From assembly GCA_003427395.1 (NCBI GenBank), contig BFEA01000031.1, positions 4,568,848 to 4,628,571 of the forward strand: a stretch of DNA of 59,724 bases. Reading direction: 5' to 3'. Below the pieces are notes generated by a model that ran no database searches, was not told the DNA's origin, and saw only the letters and a program-made list of their open reading frames with translations. Of this stretch, positions 35,551 through 49,299 are shown one piece after another. How positions within the stretch are numbered: position 1 is the first letter of the stretch; every line of letters begins with the position of its first letter. The position numbers and the translations under genes are program-made. This stretch comes from Chara braunii (lineage: Eukaryota > Plantae > Charophyceae).

Positions 35551-37091
35551 CAGGGGTAAAGACAACGGTAACGGCAGCAGTGGCAACAAAGCAGATTCGC
35601 CTCCCTGGCCATCCAAGAGGGCTGATATACTGCCGTTTCGGGTTCTCAAAGGGCGTGCAGCACGTCCTGCGCAACGGGAAAGAGCGTGGAACGCGTCCTG
35701 CACAAAGTGAAGGCGATGGTAAAGAGAATGGGCCTGAATGACCAGGGCGGTGGCAGTAAAGACAACGGCAATGGCGGCAATAAAGACACGGTAAAGGCAG
35801 CAGTGGCCAAAAGCCAGATTTGCCTCCTTGGCCGTCCAAGCGGGCTGATGTGCTGTTGTTTCGGCTTCTGAAAAAGTGCAACACATGTTGCGCACCGTCA
35901 AGGGGGCGGTAAAGACAACGGCAATGGTGACGGCGGTAAGGACAGCGATGACGGAAGCAATGGTGGTATAAATAACGGCGATACGGCAGCAATGGCGGTC
36001 AGAATAACGGGGATGAAGGCAGCGGTGAAGGCAACGGCAACGGCGGGGGCGAAAACGATAAAGATATAGCACGGGTGGTCGCAACCGACTGGCGAAAACG
36101 ATGGCGGTCATTTACCCGAGCAACACATGCAATCCCAATCCGTCTCCCCGTATCCCGTCATGCAAACCGAGGAGGGAAAGCTTTCGTTGCCATGCGGGGG
36201 GCACTGACAAGAAGTCCCCGTTGGCACACAAAATCGTTTCCTTGCGTATGTCGACGCTGCTCATGGGAGGGAGATAGAGGCTCGCCACACAGGCTGTCGA
36301 AAACCAGGTTTTTGATAATTTTGCATCGCCCACAGACTTGGGAAGAATTGCGGCTCAAAAAAAAGTCAACAGGTGTCAGAATGGTACGCTCCACAGCCAC
36401 CCTTCCCCATTAGTCCTTATTGTTTCCTTCCGCCTGCAGGAGACGGAATTTCGAAAGTGGCCCATCTGCCATTCGAGAATTGCGTTTGAGTTTGCATTGT
36501 CAGGGACTGTTTGCATTGTCAGGGACTGTTCGGTGACAGCCGTGCCCTGTCGAAAGTCGTAGTCCACTTGGCCATGACAAAAAACCTCCCCCTCGACAGC
36601 CTGTGTGGCGAAGGGGGGGGTAAACTGCCTACCACTGACTTTCTTTTTTTTTCTGACAGCTGGCCTCTGTGGCGAGACTCATAGGCGATCTCTCCGGTCG
36701 AGTGAGCGGCCGAAAGAGCCAGAAGAGAAGAATCGAAAGGGACCCCCTCTAAGCCCTCTTCCCTCTGCCTTCCCTCGGCGTCCCCGGCAAATCTATCTTT
36801 GGCACAATGTGGACTGCCGTGAGGAATAGTGTAATGCTCACTGCAGCGAGGAAAAGCATAATATGCACTACGGCGAAGAAAAGAGTAGTACCGCAGATTC
36901 TGAAAAGAAATCAGGAGAGTGGAAGTGTTAAATCTCTCGACTGCAGCCGGCCTTTTTACAAAGACAGTCACATTAGTATGTTTTTGCCTCCAGCTGACTG
37001 TGTACTCATGTTTCGTCTTGTCTGACTCGAGCCTTCTCTCTCATCAATGCGTGTTTGTGTGATTGTGCATGTGCGTGCGTGTCGTGTGCAT

Positions 37092-37352
37092 TATTGCACA
37101 TGCAGGCGCCTGTTCCGTACCTCTCATTGTATATCCAGGTGGCTGTTCTGTGCCTCTAATTGTATATGCAGGCGCCTGTTCTGTGCCTCTCATTGTATAT
37201 GCAGGCGCCTGTTCTGTGCCTCTCATTGTATATGCAGACGCCTGTTCTGTGCCTCTCATTGTATATGCAGGCGCCTGTTCTGTGCCTCTCATTGTATATG
37301 GGGGCGCCTGTTCTGCACCTGACTGTACATGCGCACACCTGTTCTGTGCCTT
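37092..37352. repeat. 33-bp minisatellite, ~8 copies
   Basis: Unit attgtatatgcaggcgcctgttctgtgcctctc, head-to-tail with no spacers. Confidence 0.92.
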
Positions 37353-37875
37353 GACATGCGTCCATGTATCACCGCGGCCGCGGCCGTGGGCTCTAAACTC
37401 GGCGAACGTCCGTGATCACGGCCGCCACGGTTCCGGCCGCGGTTGGGTGCGGCCACGACTTTCGGGAATTTTTTGAGACTTAAAAAAGTTCTCAAGGAAG
37501 AAAATAAAAAATATGATGTTGCAGATCTTTTCAAGATCTACATTGCGTAACTTTATTTTTCTTATTTTTAACTTCGTCTTTCGATTGTAAAAATTCAAAA
37601 ACTAGTGAAAAAACTGCGCCTGTGACCTCTGCACAGTTCAGAATTAGCAGAAATAACAGTCCACTGCAAGATTGGGCCGTGAGCAGTTCCAAACAGCAAG
37701 AAAAACAGTGAACCGCTCGTTATACGGCCTACCGGTTCAATAATCGGCAAAAACGGGACTTGGCCTGGCAAAGCAGGCCCTCCTGTTTTTTCCTTTCTTT
37801 TTTTCTTTTCGTTTCTGGGTTGTGGCGGGAATGGGTTAGGGCAGGAAAAGCCGCCGACCTCGCCCCGTTAACACC

Positions 37876-37928
<53 letters not shown>

Positions 37929-37991
37929 ACCGCCCACTACCGCTCCGGCTCGCGCTCTTTCTGCTGCCCGCTTGCCCACCTGCTCCATCTG

Positions 37992-37999
<8 letters not shown>

Positions 38000-38038
<39 letters not shown>

Positions 38039-38101
38039 TCGCCGCCCACTCCCGCTCCAGCCCGTGCTCTGCTGCCCGCTCGCCCGCCTACTCCAGCTGC
38101 T

Positions 38102-38141
<40 letters not shown>

Positions 38142-38336
38142 GGACACACACACACACCGACACACACACGGACACACACACACATACACACGGAAAAAAA
38201 AAAAATTGGCAGTGTATATTCTTATTTCCTCGGCCAAGATTCATTCCTATTTTGCTCAGCCGATGAAAAATCATCGGAATCCGAATGAATCTTGGCCAAG
38301 AAAATGGAAATGTACACTGCCACTTTTTGTTTTCCC

Positions 38337-38395
<59 letters not shown>

Positions 38396-38458
38396 TAGGC
38401 ATACTAGGCGGGCGAGTGGGCAGCCGAGAGAGCACGGGCTAGAGCCGGAGTGGGTGGC

Positions 38459-38513
<55 letters not shown>
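38000..38513. repeat. Large fold-back palindrome centred at ~38268 with (CT)n(CA)n / (TG)n(AG)n arms
   Basis: Two inverted cores (tggcagtgta...ggccaagattcattc / gaatgaatcttggccaag...tacactgcca); unique arm segment gtcgccgcccactcc / ggagtgggtggcgac; right arm runs into a gap. Confidence 0.85.
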
Positions 38514-40329
38514 NNNNNNNNNNNNNNNNNNNNNNNNNNNNNNNNNNNNNNNNNNNNNNNNNNNNNNNNNNNNNNNNNNNNNNNNNNNNNNNNNNNNNNN
38601 NNNNNNNNNNNNNNNNNNNNNNNNNNNNNNNNNNNNNNNNNNNNNNNNNNNNNNNNNNNNNNNNNNNNNNNNNNNNNNNNNNNNNNNNNNNNNNNNNNNN
38701 NNNNNNNNNNNNNNNNNNNNNNNNNNNNNNNNNNNNNNNNNNNNNNNNNNNNNNNNNNNNNNNNNNNNNNNNNNNNNNNNNNNNNNNNNNNNNNNNNNNN
38801 NNNNNNNNNNNNNNNNNNNNNNNNNNNNNNNNNNNNNNNNNNNNNNNNNNNNNNNNNNNNNNNNNNNNNNNNNNNNNNNNNNNNNNNNNNNNNNNNNNNN
38901 NNNNNNNNNNNNNNNNNNNNNNNNNNNNNNNNNNNNNNNNNNNNNNNNNNNNNNNNNNNNNNNNNNNNNNNNNNNNNNNNNNNNNNNNNNNNNNNNNNNN
39001 NNNNNNNNNNNNNNNNNNNNNNNNNNNNNNNNNNNNNNNNNNNNNNNNNNNNNNNNNNNNNNNNNNNNNNNNNNNNNNNNNNNNNNNNNNNNNNNNNNNN
39101 NNNNNNNNNNNNNNNNNNNNNNNNNNNNNNNNNNNNNNNNNNNNNNNNNNNNNNNNNNNNNNNNNNNNNNNNNNNNNNNNNTGTGTGGGCGGTGGGGGGG
39201 AAGGGGGGCAACCCTCCCCCAACCAACCAACCAACCAATCAATCAATCAATCAATCAATCATCAATCAATCAATAATCAATCAATCTTTTTTTTTTCCCC
39301 CCGAAACCCCAGCACCCTCCAACCCCCAACCAACCCCCGAACGAACAATCTTTTTTACTTCGATGGCGGAGCCCCCGGCGTGCTCAACCCCCCCCCACTG
39401 CAGCATGCCCCCCCCCCACTCCCTCAGGTGTCAGAAGCCCTCTGGGAAGGCTGTCGAAACGGCTTGTACGGCTGTACATACGGCCCGTACGGTCGCATGG
39501 GGGCCCATACGTACGGCCGTATGGACCGTAAGGCCGCCCCGTATTGGTACAGGGTGCAACATAGGAGTACGCCTCACAAACGGTACCAAACGAACGACAG
39601 AACGATCCGGACCCTCAAGGACAATGCTACGCGGTAATTTGGGGAATTCAACGCTTTCATCCTTATTTGTACGGGCAGAAGTTCCTTCTCGTTACGAATC
39701 ACGATCCTCTATTGGCTCTGAAGAGACTCACGAACTACACGGGGATGATTGGGCGATGGGCCGTACGGGCTGCAGGAGTATGACTTCGACATCGCACAGA
39801 GGAAAACCCAGAAGCACGGGAAAGCGGACGGGTTGTTACGACTGCATTGACCAGGCAAGGTAGCCAAAGGGGAAGATATCACTCCATGGAAAGAGCCAGA
39901 GGCCCAGAGCTGGCCAAAGGACCGACGTACGAAAAGGTGACCATCCTCCCCAGAAGAACCAAGAAGTGACACCGTTGACACTTGGGCTCATTGTTGAGGG
40001 CGGAGAAGGTAATAACGGACACCCTCTCTTTCCCATCCCTTCGTCTTTTCTTTCCTTGCCTGACCAATTCTGTTATTTTTGCGAAGCTATCTCACGAGTC
40101 TATTCGGTTTCGATGCACCCACGAGGGGAGGGCTACGCAGAATGGGTAGATTGCTGCAAGTGCGTCTCAAGGGCCCACGGTTCCTGTATCCAGTATAGGA
40201 ACCCGCATAAGCCATGGCTCTACCCCTTGTGCCGTACCGACAAAATCCGGACAAAAGTTCGATTCCTCGAGGCTACATCGGAAGGAATCGAGAAGACGCG
40301 GCGATTTAGAAGAGCGAAAGTGTGGACAG

Positions 40330-40597
40330 CAGTGAAACGGTATGCGCGCGTTTAAGCGCGCTTGGGCGTGCTTGAGCACGCACTTAAAGACTCCTGCGCC
40401 TCGCTCAAAGCGCTTAAAGGCACGTGCGCGCGTCAAAAAATCAGCCCGCGCGCGCCACAGGGTTGAGCGAGGGCAGGGGACGCCTTGGGGCCATTTCCAC
40501 GCAAAAACAAAACAAAAAAATGCGCAGGGTGTATTTTTGGGGGGTCGGGGGTAGGGTCGCCGTCGTCGCCGTCGTGGTCGTCGTCGCCGTCGACGCT

Positions 40598-40633
<36 letters not shown>

Positions 40634-40649
40634 GGCGCGCGCTCATGCG

Positions 40650-40712
<63 letters not shown>

Positions 40713-41309
40713 ATGGCGCGCACTCCGACTGCGCGTGCAGGCTTGGGCGATGGCGGTTTGCTCTAACTCTCTCTCTCTATCTCTCTCTCTCTTATGGCGC
40801 GCGCTCCGACTGCGCGTGCAGGCCTGGGCGATGGTGGCTTGCTCTCTCTCTCGCGCGCGCGCGACTGCGCTTCAATGTTTGAGCGTGCACACACGCGAAT
40901 GAGTGCACGTTCATCTACGCAGCGCTTAATAACGTTTGGTTGGAATTTTTTTTTTTTTTTTTTTTTTTTTAATTGTTCGGTGGTCTTCAGGTCGCTAAAC
41001 CCCCCCNNNNNNNNNNNNNNNNNNNNNNNNNNNNNNNNNNNNNNNNNNNNNNNNNNNNNNNNNNNNNNNNNNNNNNNNNNNNNNNNNNNNNNNNNNNNNN
41101 NNNNNNNNNNNNNNNNNNNNNNNNNNNNNNNNNNNNNNNNNNNNNNNNNNNNNNNNNNNNNNNNNNNNNNNNNNNNNNNNNNCCCCTCCCTGGTATTGAG
41201 TTCACCCGCGAACGAGCTCGAGGTGCTCAAGGCGCGCTCGAGCGCGCTTTTGAACGCGCTCAGAAACATGAGCGTCGGGCCCATGCTCAATCAACGCGCG
41301 TTTTCATTG
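40330..41309. mobile_element. Non-autonomous hAT-like element inserted in element-2 integrase
   Basis: Perfect 8-bp TSD gtggacag (40322-40329 / 41310-41317); ends cagtgaaac / ttttcattg; subterminal (t)tgagcgcgc-type repeats; (CT)n interior; contains a gap. Confidence 0.82.
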
Positions 41310-41959
41310 GTGGACAGATGTCGTTCTGATAGCTGCCGTAGTTGGAAACTCTCTTTGAGAATTCTCTAAGGAGGATCTGAGACGAGCTGACGAAAGGGCT
41401 CGGGATTATAGATAGAACGAAGGACGTTTAGAGAAGCGAAAGACGGATGGGAGTGGGATCGAGATGTTTGTACCTCACCCGTTCATGAGATATGATTGGG
41501 TAAGGTTGGCCCGTGAAGAGACCGCCGCGCATTTCGCTGTCAGGATTACGGAGTCGGCCATCGACAAAAGTAAATGGTATTGGTCTAATATTAGGGACAA
41601 CGTTAAATTCATTGTCAAAAATCGTCCTGCCTGTGCGTCCGGTGTTAGTTCAACCGCCTAGGTCGATAACACCAACAATATTCGAACAGCCGTTCCAAAG
41701 GGTCAGCATGGACAATACGAAAATCATGGTCCCCGCAGGACCCTCTCGGTCCTAATAGTTGCGAATATTCAGTCCTCCTAGTATTCATGGATCTCTTTTC
41801 CAAATGGATCGAGGCCTACCCGTGTAGAACGAGACAGACGACGAAAATTGTGCGGTATGTCAATCGTTTTCTCAGGATGCATTAGGACACCGAGGAAATA
41901 ATGACGGACAACGAAGCAGAATTATGAGGGGAGGTTTTGAGAAGCCTGGTTGTACATGG

Positions 41960-42347
41960 AGAGAATGTTAACAACAGTCGTATTTTTCATCACCACCTCA
42001 GAACACCCTTCACCACTTCAGGATGCAGCCTGCCTAAACAGGTGGTTTTCACGGTCTTCGGACCTTTCACCACTTCAGGACACTCTTCACCACTTCAGGA
42101 TGCTACCTGCCTAAGCAGGTGGTTTTCAGTGTCTTCGGACCTTTCACCACTTCAGGACCATTCAGGATTTTCTGACTGCCTAAGACTCTCGCTTCACCAC
42201 TTCAAGATGCAGCCTGCCTAAACAGGTGGTTTTCAGGGTTTTCGGAGCTTTCACCACTTGAGGAGCATTCAGGATCTTCAGACTGCCCAAAACTCTCACT
42301 TCATAATTTTCATTCCTGAATTTTCAGCTACCTATTAACCGCTTGTG
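41960..42347. mobile_element. Minisatellite-built insertion in element-2 integrase
   Basis: 9-bp direct repeat tgtacatgg (41951-41959 / 42348-42356); repeated ttcaccacttcagga and ctgcctaaacaggtggttttca; integrase resumes after it. Confidence 0.7.
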
Positions 42348-43481
42348 TGTACATGGTGTCTTTATTCGGAACACTCCTCCCCATATGTCGCAATCAAAAT
42401 GACTGGTAGAAAACACAAACCGGGTGATTATGATGGTCATTTAGCATAATATCACGACCAACGACACGAGGCCTTGGCCCGACATCGTGGACCAAATTTT
42501 GGCCATCCGTCGAAGAACGCCTCACGAGTCTACATATTTGTCCCCATTCCAACTGTGGACCAATAGCCTAGCCTGCATAGCCTTGCCCCGACCTCAATGA
42601 TGAAACGGCGCTTAGTCAACGGCCTACGAGGGCAACGACTAGAGATAAAGCCAAATGTTATCAGGAGTTGATGAAAAATGTCCTCCCTTGACTAGCTCGA
42701 AAAAGACAGCGGAAGACCGAAATGACTCATGATCAGCAAGTGCGGAGCTATGAGGCCCGAAATGGGAATGCTCGGCCCCGACCCCCATATAAATTGAAGG
42801 ATATCATGCAAGTAAGGAAATGTGCTCACCACTGAGTCACCAGGGTAAGCAAGCGCCACGATTCTTTGGCCAATTTCACGTAGTCAAGCTAAGACTCAAC
42901 GGTGTGAATACGATGCGCTTTGTTCCGGACGTCTCAGGCAGCCGATCGGCTCACCCCATCATCCGCCACATGTCCTATCTTTGTCCCCTGTCCGCCTCCT
43001 CTCCTCCATCACCACTTGACTCATTCCAGATCTCTGAGTGGGAGGGCGAGGAACCGAAATCTCCTTCTTCCCCCTCCTTCCTTGATTCACCCTCTTTGAC
43101 TCCGGTGTCGCCATGAGCTTCGCAACGGAACAGATTATCAGTCGGCGCATGTTGACGGCACGGGGTTTCCTTTACTCAGTACAACAGGTTCGACATCCCC
43201 GACTCAGCTTGGATCTACTGCGATTTGTGCAGTTTTTCAGCACGACAAGTATTTAAGCGGCGACCGAGTTCAAGTTCGTCCATCTTGGGACTACAGGAGG
43301 GTCGTGGCCGAAGGATCGGTGTTTCTAGGACTCTCTCCTCCGAGGATCAGCCATGTGTCGGTGCTTATCTCGTTTAGCGGGGACATTTCATCATCAAACG
43401 AAGGTTCCCACGACAACTGTATTCTACGATTGCGGGGTTGGGAAGACGAGTTGGCGACTACGTGGAGGAACAGGTTGACGC

Positions 43482-44102
43482 CAAAGGTGGCAACTGGGTA
43501 ACCGTTGCCCGTACCCGACCGTACCCAACTGTAACCGGCAGGTTATGGGCAGGTACGGGTACCCTTCCTGAGGTGGGCATCGGTACGGGCAGACATAAAT
43601 TTTATTTGTGGGTTCCAGGGCAGGCACGGTTGCACTGCGTGGAGATCATGGGCAGGCATGGGCGGGTATTGGCGGTGAAAAGGAAAGAAACGCAGGTATG
43701 GGCGGCCAAGGAAAAAAAAAAGCATGGGTACAGCCGTTATAGGGTGGTGAAAAAAAAAATCAGATGGGTATGGGCGGGTAAGCAATTATGTTGGGTAACC
43801 GTACATAATATGATCCACCTTCCCCCCCCTTCCCCCCTTCCCTTTTTCCCAGGAAATACGCAGACCAGCAGAGCTGTTTTTTTCTTAGTCACAATTTTTT
43901 TTCGTGGCGCGAACGACGAGAAAAATATTTCAGGAAATAGCCTCCTAACTTTGAAATTGGCCTTTCGAAATTGGAAGGCTCCAGCCTCGACCAAGGGAGT
44001 TATGGTTGTATCCGTCGCCCTTCTGTGTGTGCATGCCACTGCATGGCCATCGTCCGCCCCTCGTGGTTGTACCCGCTGCTGTTCTATGTGTGCTGCATGG
44101 CC

Positions 44103-44168
<66 letters not shown>

Positions 44169-44874
44169 AGGTAAGTCTCCAACCCCGTAGTTGGCCTCAC
44201 GCTACTTTTATGGATAGGATGAGCAAAACCGAATAACTCTTCCGCGGAGGGCAGTTAGAAGGGATAGGGGGCGGTTACGGGCGGCTAGGGTCGGTTAGGA
44301 GTAGTTAGGGGTGGTTCGGGACAATTAGGGGCGATAAGGGGCTGTTAGGGGCGGTTGGGGACAATTAGCGACGATTACGGGTGGTTGGGGACAGTTAGGG
44401 ACGGTTGGGGGCGGTTGGGGATAGTTAGGGGTGGTTAGGGGAGGGTGGGTCACAAATGTGGATGGTTAAGGGCGGTTAGGGGTGGCGGTTAGGGACGGTT
44501 GGGGACATTTAGGGGCAGTTAGGGGCGGTTGGGGACAAGTAGGGGTGGTTAAGGGAGGGTGGGTCACAAGTGTGGATGGTTATGGGTGGGAGCATACCAT
44601 TGTGGGTGGGTAAGGGTGGGTAGGGGTGGAAAAAAAAGTTGGTTGGGTACGGTACAGGTGGTTAACGGAAGGTTTGGGTGCTGGCCATGGGTAGTTTTGA
44701 AACGGAAAGTCCATGGGCAGTTATGGGCAGTGTCTGAAGGGGTTCAGGTAGGGCAGGTACGGGTGCACTTTTTTTTTTTTTAAGCAGGTAAGGATGGGTA
44801 AAGGTCCGGTGGGCCATCAATATAGTGGGTATGGGTAGGTAAGGTATTCCAAAAAATCCCAGTTGCCACCTCTG
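43482..44874. mobile_element. Non-autonomous hAT-like element
   Basis: TIR caaaggtggcaactggg / cccagttgccacctctg; TSD gttgacgc / gttggcgc; subterminal gggta/ggtacgg repeats; (GA)n and a degenerate GGTTAGGG array. Confidence 0.85.
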
Positions 44875-46114
44875 GTTGGCGCGGCCCGAGGAGCAAGTTG
44901 TGAGCACGGACAACATTGACACCCACCTGATCCGATTGCATCCTTCGGAGACGAAGGCGATTCTTCAAGAGCTGGTCCCCTTAGAGTGAGATCGATGAGC
45001 CAACACTGACAGTCCACGTTCACACTGCCATCCGACTTTCCGACTCTCTGGCAGTCTCCCACTCGCCCGCATCTGGCGTTTGAGATCAAAGCGCTCCTGG
45101 TGTCTGACTTAGAGGAGGATCGATGGTCAGAGTGGTGGAAAACCTTCACGCGGCTTACTTTTTGCCTACTCAACGTCGAGTTCACGTGGTCCGAGCCGCA
45201 TGACCCGGACAATCTCGATAGGAACATGGAAGTCGAGTAGCTAATCATTCAAGCGTGGAGATCGAACGTGGAAGGGGAGTTGTTGGGGATCATATTTGGG
45301 GACGTGAGCGCTAATCACTTTGCGCTGGTCACATAGGAATTATTGGTGCCTCTCGAGCAGATCCTCGACGATTTGCCCCTCGAATTTCTCCATCACGACG
45401 ACAAGAAGCCTGAGCCAAGGACAATGGAGCGGACACTAACGTCGCATCTGTTGTGGCTACGCCTTGCTCGGTATAATGACGAGAATCGGTATTACCCGTC
45501 GGCATGCCGATACCTTGACCCAGATGAGTTTGTCGACCCGTTCTTCTGGGAGGTAACCACGACACAAAGCGAGAGAGAGTTCAGAGTCGGGACCCAGGGA
45601 GTCCTCGGAAGAAGAGGAAGAGAGGAAGGCGAGGGAGCGGGCTGAAGGAAAGCGGCCCATAACGAAGGCACCAACAGGCGATGCTTTGCGAAACCCAGAG
45701 TTTATGTAACCGATTGAACGCCCTAAACACGCGTTCTCGTTCAAACTCGCACGTTCAATTCCCCTTTGGGAGCGTTCAATCTCGTTCAATTCTGCCACGT
45801 GGCAGGGGACACGAAAGAATTGAACATGAGCCCCCTGGCGGCATGCGCACGTCCGCAGCTACCAGGGGGTGCACTGCATTTAAAAATTAATAACAAGAAA
45901 AAAACTTGTGTGTGTATGTGTGTGTATGTGTGTGTGTGTGTGTGTCCGAGTGTGTGTGACACTGTGTGTGTGTGTGAATGTGTGCGTGTGTGTGTGTGCG
46001 CACGTGTGTATATTTTCATGCTCTAGTGGTAGATTCATTCGATTATTTCCATATTCTAGTGGTAGATTCATTCGATTTCGCTCACTCTATCGATGGAAGT
46101 ACCATGACATCAGC

Positions 46115-46163
<49 letters not shown>

Positions 46164-46200
46164 TCACACACACACACACACATACACACATACATGCATA

Positions 46201-46387
46201 CAAGTGATGAGAAAAGAGGAGGGACGACGGGAGCTGAATATGCAGGCTCACTAGGCCGATGGGCTCTTCGGATGGATGCATGCACTCCTCTCCCTTGTTT
46301 CTGTTCCCCTTCCCCCCCTTTTTTTCCCCCCTTTTTTCCTTTTTATCTTCTTTCCGGTTCCTTTTTTCTTTTTTCTTTTTCCTTTTT

Positions 46388-46467
<80 letters not shown>

Positions 46468-48792
46468 CCTCGATTTAATCAGTAGAGTGGCCGGGTGGCA
46501 CGGTCCTGATCGGATAAAGTTGAACCCTCAGACGCCACAAGAGGATCAAGGGACGATCCTGCTCTCGGATCATGACGAATAACTGGCAGAGTATAGGGAC
46601 CTGTGGGAATGTGGATCAGCCATGCATTGGTCTTGGCTTCGCGGTCCAGTTTTTTGACTGCCCTGTTCTGCCCTTATCTTCTTCTCAGTTAGTTTAGTTT
46701 TTTTATTTTTTCATTTTTTTCATTTTTTTTATTTTTTCATTTTTCCTTTTTCCTTCTTTTCTCTTTTCTTTTTTTTCCCCCTCTTTTTTTTTTCGATTTC
46801 TTCCTTTTTTTTTTTTCCTTTTTCCTTTTTCCTCTTTTCCACTTCCCTCCTTGTCCTTTCCTTTCCTTTTCATTTTTCTCTTTCTCTTTTTCTTTTTTCT
46901 TTTTTTCCGGTACGTAGGATAGGCGTGTATAAGTGGAGGGATAACAGCGATAGCTTGTATCAGAAGGCTGTAGTTTAGGAACACACATCGCAGCTATATC
47001 TTAACTGAACGCAGGGGTTCTATTCATTAGGCCACTAAGCGAACAACGGACGACCAACGGGGTGACCGTGTTTTCCGTGATTGCGAAGGGCGGGTGGATC
47101 GGCGGGCGATATGGACTTCTTCACGGATTGGGATCTGGAAGAGGAGCAACGGGACGAGGAGGAAGTGGTAATGTTGAGGGGGAACAGCACCTCCCCGACT
47201 CTGTGTTCGTACCCCTGTGCCTGAGCACTCCGAAGCCTGGAATCATGCAGACTGCCTCTACCTGCCCTGCCAAACCTACTCTAGCCAGCCTGACCCCAGC
47301 GCCAGCACGAAGCGTCGCCTTCTTGCTTCTCCTCCTCCTCGCCTTGCTCCCCAATCTCGCCAAAGCGTGTGCGCTGTTTGTCGCATGCCTCTCGGAGAGT
47401 GCTTTTCTTCGGCTATCGGCAAGCACTTTGCGTTTTTAGTAGGCTGCACTATTTGCTTTGCGGCCTTCTTCCTCGCTTGATGCTGTTGCCTATTCTTTGT
47501 CATAGGCGCTGGTGGTTGGTTTGAGCGTTAGGCGAACATTGGAGTTAGTGGAGACAGAGCGATGGAGTGTAGATCTCAAGCGGAGGATTCGGCTTGCGCC
47601 TTTCTGGACTTTCTCTCTTTCCTCTCCTTCCTTTCCTTCCTTTACTTCATCCACTCCCTTCCCTACCCCCCTCCGCATGACCCCTCCCTCCCCCNNNNNN
47701 NNNNNNNNNNNNNNNNNNNNNNNNNNNNNNNNNNNNNNNNNNNNNNNNNNNNNNNNNNNNNNNNNNNNNNNNNNNNNNNNNNNNNNNNNNNNNNNNNNNN
47801 NNNNNNNNNNNNNNNNNNNNNNNNNNNNNNNNNNNNNNNNNNNNNNNNNNNNNNNNNNNNNNNNNNNNNNNNNNNNNNNNNNNNNNNNNNNNNNNNNNNN
47901 NNNNNNNNNNNNNNNNNNNNNNNNNNNNNNNNNNNNNNNNNNNNNNNNNNNNNNNNNNNNNNNNNNNNNNNNNNNNNNNNNNNNNNNNNNNNNNNNNNNN
48001 NNNNNNNNNNNNNNNNNNNNNNNNNNNNNNNNNNNNNNNNNNNNNNNNNNNNNNNNNNNNNNNNNNNNNNNNNNNNNNNNNNNNNNNNNNNNNNNNNNNN
48101 NNNNNNNNNNNNNNNNNNNNNNNNNNNNNNNNNNNNNNNNNNNNNNNNNNNNNNNNNNNNNNNNNNNNNNNNNNNNNNNNNNNNNNNNNNNNNNNNNNNN
48201 NNNNNNNNNNNNNNNNNNNNNNNNNNNNNNNNNNNNNNNNNNNNNNNNNNNNNNNNNNNNNNNNNNNTTTTTCTCTCTCTCGCTTTTCCCCCCCCCATTC
48301 CTATCTTATGAAAAGCCTTCCCAATTCTCTCCATTTGTCATTTTTCGCATGGCATCCTGTTGATTGGATAAGGAAAGTACCCCAATGATAGTATATGATC
48401 GTATCCGAGCTTTGCCATGTGTGGGGATATCATCAATGGTTGTGTTGTCTTCGATTCCCCGAGTTGTCGTCCTTTCGTTTTTTTTCGAGTTTTTTCCCCT
48501 CTCTCCTGAATGGATGGTTCGATCGTTGCCCCCTTGCAATACAAAGCACCCCTACCCCGCTTCACTTCGATTCGCTTCTAGCGCAGGTTTGACCGACTTC
48601 GCCCGGTAAACGGCCTCGTGGTTACCCTCACCACAGGATGGACATACCAAGTGGTTTTACCTTGCCGCGTTGGAATATCGCCTCCCGCGTCTTGCTTTTT
48701 GCTCACGATGTGCCGATGCTTTTTAGTTGGAGTAGCATGAGCATGACGTGTCGTGCTCGTGTGAAACGCATGCGACACACACATGCTACACA
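46201..48792 (+). mobile_element. 2.6-kb non-coding repeat, copy A (Penelope-like non-autonomous element or pLTR), bounded by (CA)n
   Basis: Collinear with 49885-52460 on both sides of its gap (47695-48267). Confidence 0.8.
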
Positions 48793-49299
48793 CTCAAGAG
48801 GACGTGTTTCCTCCATCGCTGCCGGGGGGTGCCCTTCCCGACCACACTGTGAAGCGTTTTTGCGTTCCTTATACGCCCCCGCGTGGTAACGAGGTGATGA
48901 TAGTGGCTATGGGGTACGGCGAGGACGTCCGACATTGGTGGGGGGAAGGAGACGGCTGTGTATTGCTTGATTTATGGTGAGATATGATGTGAATTTGGGG
49001 ACAGCTGGTGGGAACCTGCTTTGATGTATCTTTGTTGTCCTCTTGTATGTGGTTCTGTCCCTCTTTCTCTCTCCCCCCTCACTCTTGATCCTCACAAGCT
49101 TTTTCTCTCGATAATCTCCCCTACCTGCCTTCTTTTCGTTTTCTCCAACCACCTGTGTGTACCCAATCCCGCCCTTTTCCCTGACCTCCCCCTTGCCTCT
49201 CTTCCTCTTTTTCGATTCGTTCTTCTTCCTTTTTTACATGCTCCTTTCTTTTGCTGCACAGCCACAGAGGCCCCCCAGGGAATCCTTCTCGGGTGGTTG

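Larger units (their letters stand above)
39560..43116 (+). pseudogene. pol: Decayed Ty3/gypsy pol (RH-PHD-IN), element 2
   Basis: EYAS...AVIWGIQRFHPYLYGQKFLLVT...GRWAV; PHD CYFC...WVDCCKC...HGSC...PLC; AAHFAV...WYWSNIRDNVKFIV, KWIEAYP, LVENTNR. Collinear with ORF 1955-3718. Confidence 0.88.

Noticed and set aside
37092-37352. CRISPR-like 33-bp periodicity
   Set aside because: Units are head-to-tail with no unique spacers, no cas genes are present and the context is eukaryotic; it is a minisatellite.
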